A stretch of DNA of 64,000 bases from Candidatus Pacearchaeota archaeon (GTDB taxonomy: Archaea; Nanobdellota; Nanobdellia; Pacearchaeales; GW2011-AR1). The stretch is from the NCBI GenBank assembly GCA_038885615.1, contig JAVZZP010000001.1, positions 119,191 to 183,190 on the forward strand, given 5' to 3'. A program made the translations under genes and the position numbers. The notes below the pieces were generated by a model, which made no database searches, had not been told where the DNA came from, and was given only the letters and a program-made list of their open reading frames with translations. This document shows positions 39,224 to 48,000 of this stretch, piece after piece (position 1 is the stretch's first letter; the number at the start of each line of letters is the position of its first letter).

Positions 39224-41980
39224 TCATAAAGGAAAAAAACTTTTTCTAGCTGTTACGACTAAAGAACAATCCGTTGGTTCATTCCCAAATTCATCCTTGC
39301 ATTTTATGTAGTATGTTTTATCGTTGTCCCAAGGAGAAACATGAACTCTTGATTTAGCAAAAGGCATATTTGTTCCTTCATTAAATAAATAGTCACAACT
39401 CTCTGTTGAATAAACACAATCAGAAATTCTATTAGTTTCTATTCTTAAATAATCATCGCTGTAAAAAGCTCTTGCTATAAGTGGTGGCGTCGTTACAATT
39501 TCAAGTTCAAATTCTCCTTCTGTTTCTGCTAAATTTCCTCCGGCATCAATGCATTTAACATAATATTTATGTCTTCCATCATAAAGATCTAATCTTTGAG
39601 TGCTTATACCGTCGGCTTTATTTGTATCAAAGAAAGGTATAAAGCTATTTGGATATCCGGTTAATGAGTAGAAGCATGTTGCTTTATTGTCGTTACAACC
39701 AAACAAAGTTTCAACCTTCAATTCAACTGAAAAAGGAGAAAATCCTCCCACAACTTTTGTGTTGTTTGGTGATATTGATTTTATTTTTAGAGGATTTGAA
39801 CCTCTCACAGAATATTTGAAAGATTGCATCATTTTATTTCTTTCTTTTTCCTCTAATCCAGGATTATCTTTACATCTTATATAGTAATCAGTTCCTTCTT
39901 TCTTTATGCCTATTAAGTTTGCTCTACAAGTGTATAGAAGCATAGAATTTATTTCAAAAACATTTTGTACACAGGACATATTGTAAGTCATTTCTTCAAA
40001 GTCCTTATCCTTAAAATCCCATCTGCATTCCGCAGGTTCATCAGTATAAAATTCAACAATAGAAGAGTTTTGATCTGCTGCTATACAATTTTCACTTTCT
40101 ATTGAAACTGCTTTTATTTGTGGGGGAGTGTTGTCTGGAGCATCATCAACACAAAATCTTACCGCATAAGGTGCTTGATTTACATTTCCTTGTGCATCTC
40201 TGCACATAATATATAAAGTCATTTCTTTGCCCATCTCTAAAGTTAAAGAAGAATTTTGCAAATCTTTTGCTCTTGGAACATGAAGAATTGCGGAGAAATT
40301 CTTTCTGTAAGTGCTGTCTTCATCCATATAAGAGAGCATTTCTTCAAAGGTGTTTTTCTTTTCCAAGTCTATCTTGCATTGAGCAGGTTCATTTGTTAAA
40401 ACACCAAATTGTATTGGTGAGAATGCCTTGATACAAGGATTCACATCCTGTCTAACTATTCTAAATCCAGGACCAGGAGGAGAGGTTCTTACATCTGTAT
40501 AAGCATAACCCTCTGTTAGTTTCTCATTCCACGGCATTATTATAGGGGGAGAAACCTCTCTCTTACTATTATCAACACATAACTCATTACCAGTTCCCTG
40601 ATTTACTAGGGCACAGGTTTGTCCTAGGGATTTGCAGCGATATTCAGAACAAGGCAAGCCATCTTGATTGCATAAATCACAATCCTCCCCCCCGTGAGGT
40701 GCCTGCCAAGGAAGACATTTAAATTCAACTTGCTCCTCAAAAGTTTTTGTCTTCTCATAATTTTTTACATAATACCACCAAGCGACTGCGGCACCAATGG
40801 CAACATGAAATGTTTTTGAACCAAGAAATTTAACAAACTTATTTTGAGAGCTAGTTAAATCAAACCAACCTCCTTCTCCTAAAACCTGCTGTGCTGTTTT
40901 AAATGAAATAACTCCTAAAAAAGCTGCTTCAGCAATAGAATCAACCATTTCTTGATTTTCTTTTGCAACAAAGCTTCCGGCTGCTTTAATAAAGCCCCCA
41001 ACTGCTATTGCCCAAGTAAGCCCTTCAACCAAATGCCCAATTCCACCATATTTAAAAATTGAAAGATTTGCTTTTTTAGCCCATTCGAAAGGATAATCAT
41101 CTCTTTTACCTGACCAATAACCCGTCTTTTTACCTTCTGGTGGATCTTGCGTCGGACTATCTCTTTCTCTTGACTCCTCACTTCCTCCTTTTCCATTATC
41201 GCTATTACTTCTATCAACCCGCAAAGCTGTTCCCCCCTTTGTTGGTGTTTGCGCCAAACTAGTAGACTTACTATTATGCACCAAAACCCCCTCGGCAAAA
41301 TACCATTTTCCGCCTAAATCCAAGTCAAAAACCTCAATTCCTTCTGGCTTTTCAACAATTTCAATTTTTTCAATGAAAACTTTTTTTCCGTCAATTCCCA
41401 AAAAATAATCGCTGACTTTTGCGTTGCCGACAGGCTGCCATTTTCCATTAAGCAAAACCTCGTGATTCGGAGTTATTTCAAGCTTGTCATTTATCTTTAA
41501 ATAAGAATATTTCTTTAAAACAATAACATTTCGCACAACCTCTTTTGTCAGCGCGCGCTTTTCAAAATCATAACTAAGCACCTCGTCGCCCGGCCTTATT
41601 TCTGAGATCGGCTTTGTTTGAAGGTTCGCGAGGGTGATGAGAGTTGAAGGAGTGAGACATGATGCTGGGTTTAATTTTCTATTGAGAATTGATACAACAT
41701 CTTCTTCATCAGAAATATCTACATCTTCTTCTATGTTTCGGCTTTCTCCTACCTGCCTATACCATTTATCACCTTGCTTATAATAAACAATAGACTTAAA
41801 AAGAGCGCTTCCAACAAAAGTATCTACGACAATAGTATCATCAGAGATTGTTTTATAATATTCTCTTATTTCCTGGTTATTTCCACTCGCCCTCTCCGCC
41901 ATTCCAATCATATAAGCAAAACTCACAATTCCCAAAATCATTAAAAACATCTGGCTGTAGGCGAGTGCGCACTTGTTCAT
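39224..41980 (-). CDS. giant secreted disulfide-rich surface protein (918 aa) with N-terminal mini-intein, glycine-zipper hydrophobic segment and four C-terminal ~105-aa tandem repeats
   Basis: N-terminal signal/TM (MFLMILGIVSFAYMIGMA). Hint domain at aa 108-236. Hydrophobic Gly/Ala-rich segment at aa ~311-405. C-terminal domain opens FKCLPWQAPHGGEDCDLCNQDGLPCSEYRCKSLGQTC, homologous to aa ~843-880 of the 1341-aa ORF. Four repeats each end in YY(I/V)(K/R)C(K/I)D..GN. 4-nt ATGA overlap with the upstream 774-aa ORF. Confidence 0.8.
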   Translation of the reverse strand: MNKCALAYSQMFLMILGIVSFAYMIGMAERASGNNQEIREYYKTISDDTIVVDTFVGSALFKSIVYYKQGDKWYRQVGESRNIEEDVDISDEEDVVSILNRKLNPASCLTPSTLITLANLQTKPISEIRPGDEVLSYDFEKRALTKEVVRNVIVLKKYSYLKINDKLEITPNHEVLLNGKWQPVGNAKVSDYFLGIDGKKVFIEKIEIVEKPEGIEVFDLDLGGKWYFAEGVLVHNSKSTSLAQTPTKGGTALRVDRSNSDNGKGGSEESRERDSPTQDPPEGKKTGYWSGKRDDYPFEWAKKANLSIFKYGGIGHLVEGLTWAIAVGGFIKAAGSFVAKENQEMVDSIAEAAFLGVISFKTAQQVLGEGGWFDLTSSQNKFVKFLGSKTFHVAIGAAVAWWYYVKNYEKTKTFEEQVEFKCLPWQAPHGGEDCDLCNQDGLPCSEYRCKSLGQTCALVNQGTGNELCVDNSKREVSPPIIMPWNEKLTEGYAYTDVRTSPPGPGFRIVRQDVNPCIKAFSPIQFGVLTNEPAQCKIDLEKKNTFEEMLSYMDEDSTYRKNFSAILHVPRAKDLQNSSLTLEMGKEMTLYIMCRDAQGNVNQAPYAVRFCVDDAPDNTPPQIKAVSIESENCIAADQNSSIVEFYTDEPAECRWDFKDKDFEEMTYNMSCVQNVFEINSMLLYTCRANLIGIKKEGTDYYIRCKDNPGLEEKERNKMMQSFKYSVRGSNPLKIKSISPNNTKVVGGFSPFSVELKVETLFGCNDNKATCFYSLTGYPNSFIPFFDTNKADGISTQRLDLYDGRHKYYVKCIDAGGNLAETEGEFELEIVTTPPLIARAFYSDDYLRIETNRISDCVYSTESCDYLFNEGTNMPFAKSRVHVSPWDNDKTYYIKCKDEFGNEPTDCSLVVTARKSFFPL
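41273..41659 (-). mobile_element. mini-intein / Hint domain (~129 aa, no homing-endonuclease domain) inside the 918-aa ORF
   Basis: Block A C-LTPSTLITLA with Cys1. Block B LEITPNHEVLL (T-x-x-H). Blocks F/G VFDLDLGGKWYFAEGVLVHN with terminal His-Asn, followed by +1 Ser (HN|S). Coordinates calculated from ORF start 41980: aa 108 to aa 236. Confidence 0.7.
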
Positions 41981-44301
41981 TTCTCCTCCACTAAAAATTT
42001 AATTCCTGTTCCATACTCTCCAAGAGATAGTCCTTCTTCTGAGCTTCCACCTGAAACAATTTTTTTGGGAATCTCTTTTCCAGCCAACTTCTCCCACATT
42101 TTCTGAGCAAAAGTTTTATCCTCTTTAATAACTGTTTGCTGCTTTATTTCTTGAGGAAAGCTTAGTTTTTCAACTCTGATTTCCTCTCCGTCACTTGCGA
42201 CAATTACATCACCCACTTTTATTTCTTCTATTTGCTTCAAAGAATATTTATCTTCTTTTTTTAATAAAACATAACTTCCTTTTCTAACCTCTATTCTGTC
42301 ATTAATTAAAATAGAATCCTTTCTTTCTTTAATTACAAATCCTGTTCCTCTTGTTTGATGGCCTTGTTTCAAATTTCCTAGCAAACTGAAAGAAGAATTT
42401 TTGTATTTCCAAGAATAACCATCATCTGTATATTTATCATTTATATTTACATTAGCACCGCAATCACCCAAGGAAGTACAAATTGCATTTACTTTTACTG
42501 CCCAATCGTGCTTTGGAATTAAAGAGTAACTTTTTGAGCTTCCCTTAGGAGGACTTCCTCCTTCCCATTCTAAACACTCGCTCGTTACCTCAACCCCGCT
42601 TTCATTTACCATCTTAAATTCATATTCTTTGTCTCCAAAAGGACCTGCAATACTAGAATATTTTTCGGTTCTTTCTATTATTACCTTGCAAACAGCAGAG
42701 GCCATATTGCAATTTCCTTCACCAAGCCAGAACTTATTTCCAGGAGGAATCAAAGGAACACAAAGACCTCCTTCATCAACCTCGCTTTTATTGAATTTAG
42801 TAACTTTATTCAGAATATCATAATCAAATTCCCATATTCCTTTGCCGCTTGAAACAAAAGGATTGAGTGCTTTTCCTGTAATAACCTTTCCCGTAGGATT
42901 AGTAAAAAAAGGTGCTGCTTGTTGAACAAGTCCTGCTGCTTGCATTGCTGTGTCTACTCCTGACTGTCCTCCAGAAGTTGGATTCTGAAAATAGGGGGTA
43001 GGATTAGAAAAGCTAGATGTTTGCTGTTGTGCTTTGTTCCAATTCAAACCTTCAACATCGTCTATCCAGATACAATCCCTAACATCAATATTTTCACAAT
43101 CTTTCTTTCTCCATTGATAAATACAATCTTGCCAGCGATTTACACGGCAGGCTGCTGTTGAAAATTCTCCTGCAGAAGTCTGAATTCCTGAATGAATGCA
43201 AATCTGTTTTCTATAATCCGCACAAGGATCTGTAACAACTTCTCCGTCTATGCAAATTTGCCTGAAATGCCTTGAACCAACTTTTTCATAACCTTTTCCT
43301 GGTTCAATATCATAAACACACCAGCTTTCTCCGTTTAAGCGGGTTTTTCCACTCATATCTTTACATGTTGTTTTTTTACAGATATACTCTCCTTCTTTTC
43401 CTAAATCTGTTGTTTTCTTTCCATCTTTTCTCGCACAAACACTTCCTAAAAGATAATCGCAGTTTCCACAACTATTACTGCCACCGCTTCTTGGACAAAT
43501 TTCATCTGGATCGGCAACTCTTCCGCGATTCCAAGATTTATCTTTGTCAGAAGAATAAACATTTTCCCTATTTCCACAAGAATCAAACCAATAAACTTTT
43601 CCTTTATAACAACCAACACTTGTTTGCCTAGCACACTCCGTATGTAACTCTTCGGCAGAGCATAGAACATCTTTGTAAAATTTCTTTCCTGTTTCTTGCT
43701 CTAGAATAGATTTATTAACATTTAAAGCAATTACCCCATCTTTTGCCCCACACTCTTTTCTAGTCGTAAATTTGCACTCATTAACTCCTGTTCCTGTATA
43801 GGTGACACAAGCCCCCATATCTTGAGAATTAGCTAAAAAAATACACTCGCCTTCATCTGTAACCGAAGCTCTGAAATCCATTGAAATTCCATAATAAGTA
43901 GAAAGTTTTTTACAACGGGCTAAAGTAACCAATGCTGCTTGGTCAGCAATAATACAACAACCTAAACGACAAGTAGGAATTTCTGAAGCTTTTTTCTCGC
44001 TCCAGGTTCCATTTCTGTCTTGACAAACCTGCTGAGGAACATTTTCCATGCAAAGACCCTCTTTAGAATCATAACAAGTTCCTGTTTTACAAAAAGAGGT
44101 TTGCTCACAGAAAGAGGGGGCAATTCTAAAAGACGAATCACATTCGCTCTCCGCGGAGTTTAAACAAGCTCCTCCTGATTTTGTTCTCTCGCAACAAACA
44201 GAAGGGGTTGAAAGTATGGCGGAAGATAAACTAAGAAGGAATGTTAAAAGAAATAAAATCAAAAATAATTCTTTTATCAATAAGATCCTGCGGATGGCCA
44301 T
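41977..44301 (-). CDS. giant secreted disulfide-rich surface protein (774 aa), paralog of the N-terminal ~560 aa of the 1341-aa ORF
   Basis: Signal peptide (LFLILFLLTFLLSLSSAILS). Shared blocks with the 1341-aa ORF: three C..GCC modules; VYWFDSCGNRENVY ~ VYFVDSCGNIANIY; SCGNCDYLLGSVC ~ SCGNCNYIGGSVC; NGESWCVYDIEPGKGYEKVGSRHF ~ HGESWCVYDINPLSGISPVGSRHF. About 60 Cys. Confidence 0.8.
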   Translation of the reverse strand: MAIRRILLIKELFLILFLLTFLLSLSSAILSTPSVCCERTKSGGACLNSAESECDSSFRIAPSFCEQTSFCKTGTCYDSKEGLCMENVPQQVCQDRNGTWSEKKASEIPTCRLGCCIIADQAALVTLARCKKLSTYYGISMDFRASVTDEGECIFLANSQDMGACVTYTGTGVNECKFTTRKECGAKDGVIALNVNKSILEQETGKKFYKDVLCSAEELHTECARQTSVGCYKGKVYWFDSCGNRENVYSSDKDKSWNRGRVADPDEICPRSGGSNSCGNCDYLLGSVCARKDGKKTTDLGKEGEYICKKTTCKDMSGKTRLNGESWCVYDIEPGKGYEKVGSRHFRQICIDGEVVTDPCADYRKQICIHSGIQTSAGEFSTAACRVNRWQDCIYQWRKKDCENIDVRDCIWIDDVEGLNWNKAQQQTSSFSNPTPYFQNPTSGGQSGVDTAMQAAGLVQQAAPFFTNPTGKVITGKALNPFVSSGKGIWEFDYDILNKVTKFNKSEVDEGGLCVPLIPPGNKFWLGEGNCNMASAVCKVIIERTEKYSSIAGPFGDKEYEFKMVNESGVEVTSECLEWEGGSPPKGSSKSYSLIPKHDWAVKVNAICTSLGDCGANVNINDKYTDDGYSWKYKNSSFSLLGNLKQGHQTRGTGFVIKERKDSILINDRIEVRKGSYVLLKKEDKYSLKQIEEIKVGDVIVASDGEEIRVEKLSFPQEIKQQTVIKEDKTFAQKMWEKLAGKEIPKKIVSGGSSEEGLSLGEYGTGIKFLVEEK

Positions 44302-45044
44302 GGGTAGCTTCTTACAGCAAAATTAAATTTAATTTTTTCATTTTTTTCTATAACTGAATATACCTTAGTATCATCATCTCTTCTCTCCTTTAAAATTTTT
44401 ATGTTAGGATAGTATAACATTTGCTGCATTTGTTCGCTATCACCATAATAAGTTTCAAATTGAATCAATGAAGTCGCTATCATCAATACCTCATATAAAT
44501 TTGTTTTATATTTGTAAGTCAGATCTTTTTTTGAAGAGGTTGTTTCACCGAAAGATAGTTTTATCGGAGCTTTAATTTTAACCTTAACTTCTTTTGGCTC
44601 TATAAAAACCTCGTAAGAGATTTCTCCTCTTTCTACATCAAGGCCTCTCTTCTGTAAATCTTTAATTGAATTCTCATAACATTTTTCAAAATCTTCTTTT
44701 ACTAACTCCTTTAGTGATTGCTCAAATCTATCTTTCAAGAAAGGCTCTTGGTTCACACACGGTTTTAAATATTCGTTTGTATAACAAAGAATAGTATAAT
44801 TTTCCCCCTTATACATATAAGTAAATTTTGGCTCAAGAACCCCTGCTTTTAAAGATAACTCCTGAATTTTCTTTGACAAAGAGCCGTCTAAACAATTTTC
44901 AAAGCCGCTTGTTCTAAAACCAAGACGATTAGTAATAGGTTTAATAAATTCTGGTTTCAGAGAATTGATGATAAAAAAAACTCCAAAAACTAAAATAATT
45001 CCTAAAATAATAAATAAAGCAACTTGCCCCCTTTTGTTTTTCAT
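44277..45044 (-). CDS. class-III signal peptide (archaeal type-IV-pilin-like) protein, 255 aa
   Basis: MKNKRGQVALFIILGIILVFGVFFII: basic n-region, G at -1, Q at +1, ~20-residue hydrophobic stretch, no Glu+5 (archaeal PibD/EppA-type substrate pattern). Paralog of 49080-49841 (shared C..PC pair, DxTKVY...K(I/F)(K/N)FA(I/V)R). Overlaps the downstream 774-aa ORF by 25 nt. Confidence 0.6.
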   Translation of the reverse strand: MKNKRGQVALFIILGIILVFGVFFIINSLKPEFIKPITNRLGFRTSGFENCLDGSLSKKIQELSLKAGVLEPKFTYMYKGENYTILCYTNEYLKPCVNQEPFLKDRFEQSLKELVKEDFEKCYENSIKDLQKRGLDVERGEISYEVFIEPKEVKVKIKAPIKLSFGETTSSKKDLTYKYKTNLYEVLMIATSLIQFETYYGDSEQMQQMLYYPNIKILKERRDDDTKVYSVIEKNEKIKFNFAVRSYPWPSAGSY

Positions 45045-45078
45045 ATTTTTTAAAGAAAAAATGTCTTTATAAATTCTT

Positions 45079-48000
45079 TTATTTTAGGTTTATTGGTTTG
45101 ACAGAAATACAAAACTTCTGTTCATTTAGTTTTTTGTCTCTGCATTTAATATAATAAGTTTCATAAGGATTTGCAGAAAAACTATGCGTTTTAGACAAAT
45201 ATTTAGTTGAAGAAGCATTTTGAATATCTCTTAAACTTTTTTCGCAAACTTCGGAATAATTTAAATGATAAAAACACTCTGCGTCCTCATCTGTTTGCAA
45301 GGACAATCTATTACCATCGTAAGCTGTTCTTACTATTATTGGTGGTTGTTCGTCGAAAAAAACCTGGAAATTAAAAGTTGTTTCGTTTATGTTTTTAGCT
45401 TCATCTTCACACTTAACATCAATAGAATATTTTCCTTGTGGCAGCATTAATAATTGACTATGTGCTGTCCCACCAGTTTCATAGAAGTTTATAAATCCGG
45501 AGGAAAAATTTTCAATTTTATAAGAGCAAATCGCATTTCCTAAGCAACCAGAAGTACTAACTGAAAGAGTGAAGTTTTTCTCTTCAATAAAAGTGTTTCT
45601 ATTAATAAGGTTTATATTTATGCCCTCTCTACAGACATTTAAGATGTATTCTTTACTATGAAGATTTGGATTTCTTTTATCAAATTCTGTTTCTTCGGTT
45701 AAGTCAGGTTTATCCTTGCATCTGAAATAAAATTTATTTTGTCCTTCTTCTAAATTTGATAAAAGTGTGAAGCACCTCCATTCTCCAAGGAAAACACTAT
45801 CTTGAGAGGTTAGACAAGTCATATTATTTGGCATTTTCTCGTAACCTTGCTCTCCTGTAACAACATCATATTCCTGGATAAATCTGCATTCTGCCGGCTC
45901 ATTAAGATATAAGATAACTGCGGTCGAATTTGTTCCTTTTTTTAGATAGCTTCCACTAGCAGGTTCAAATCTTTTTAATTCAGCCGGAGTTAAGTCGTAG
46001 CTATCTTTTACTTTTATCTGAACAACAAATTCTGCCTCGTTTACTTGGCCCGCAAAATTCATACATCTTATATAATATTCATTTTCCTCTCCAACAGATA
46101 AACCAAGAGTGTTTGTTGAAGCTGTTTTATCTCTTAAATAAGGAGAAAGAGTTATTTTATGGTGTGTGCCTTCTGCTTTCCCTGTTTGAGGATTTATTTC
46201 AGAAATCATCTCAAATTTCATTTCATCATAGTTTTTTGTGTGTTCATAATCTATCTTGCATGTTGCTGGTTTGTCTGTGATAATACCAAAAGTTAATTCT
46301 TGCCATGGTTCTACTCCGCCGCCATTTGGTCCAGCAATTCTAAATCCGTTGTCTCTTATGTTTGTATATGAGTTCCCCTGTGTTAAAATCTCTGGCCAAG
46401 GAGTTATTTTTGCCTGCCATATTTCATTAATTGTCGCACAATAGCCCGGTTCTCCTTTGTCAACAAAATAATGACATCTTGCTCCTAAAGATTTACATCT
46501 GTATTCAGAGCAGGGCCTTACATCCTCATTGCAAAGCTCGCATTGAGATTCTTTTGGAGGTTTCCAAGATTGGCAGGAGAATTGCATGATGAAATATTCT
46601 TGTTCTTCATATTCATCGAAAAAAGCTGTATAAATAGTGTAAACAATTGCAGCAGCAAGAACAATCCAACCAATTGGATTTGTAGCTAAGAGACCTCCTG
46701 CTGTAGCAAAAAATCCAGAACCTGAAGCTGCTGCAGATCCAAATCCAGTAGACAACCCAATTCCCACGGCAGCACCAACAGCAGCACCGACACTTGCCAT
46801 GAACATATTAAATTGATTTGATTTTCCAGGACTCCAATCCTGGTTTTTGGAAATTAATTTTCCAATTTGATAACCTACAACGGCCCCTACTGCTGCAGCA
46901 CCTAAGACATAACCTCCTGCAGCTAAACCCCCTTTAGAAAAAGCTACAGCTCCGGCCTCCAACCAAGTACTTCCAGTAATAACAGCCAAACTAGTCCCAT
47001 AAGTACCTATAACTCCTGATAAGGCACTAAACCCTCCCAACGCCATTAAACCACTAATTACCATTGCTCCAGTCATTACATCATCAAATCCTCCTCCATC
47101 TCCAGGATTAACATTAGCTTGGCTCGCTAGTTTATTCAAATCAATAACTCCGGTTTGTGGGTCTCCGATAGTTCCTGCCGTATCTCCCGCATCTGCTGTT
47201 AAACCACTTCCTCGCGAAGCGATATCTTTAAGAGATTTTATTTGAGAAATTGATTTTTTTATTGAAGAAATATAATCCTCTGATAAAGTATAATTTTCAC
47301 TTGAAACCTCTTTTTGTTTTCCGGTTTTATCTATTTTCATTCTTTTTACTGTAAAACCTATTGTTGCATTATCATTATTCACTTTCCCAACAATATTAGA
47401 TGAAACTCCGCAAGTTCCAATTGCACGACATCTTTCATTTAAAGCAGCCATTAAAGCAGGCAAATCTTTTGTTTTTATGTTTTGATTAACTCCATCTATA
47501 TTGCATTCCCAATTTCTTTCATGGTCTTTCCAATCACCACAACCTCCTGCGAGAGTGCAATCCCTATGTATTTGACTAATACAAACAAAACTTCCTAAAG
47601 AACAGACTGCTGTTGATTCGAATTCGCTTCCACCATAATTTGCAGAAGAAAGTGTCTTTTGTTGCTGACTAGAAGAAGTTTGACTTGCTTTTCCGACAGG
47701 TGCTTTTGTTGTCCAGAATTGAAAACCTGGAGTAAATCTTGGTACGCAATGAGCTAAAACTTTGTTTTGGTCTTTTCCTAAATCATCAATTGCTCCTTGT
47801 TCAGCATTTGTTTTTTCAGGATCAAAACCAGCAAGAAATTTGTCATCGCTTCTTTTTAATTTGTCTTCTCCATAAAACTCATTAAACATTATGCATTGAG
47901 GGTTTTCATCGCATTTTTGTTTTACCTGCTCATAAGATTCTGCATCATTTGCATTTAAACAAGAACGCCAATCATTTACTAAGCATTTAGCAGAAGTATA

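Noticed and set aside
43272-43670. ORFs 43272-43631 (+) and 43446-43670 (-) inside the 774-aa giant gene
   Set aside because: Embedded in or antisense to a gene with strong paralog support; no motifs.
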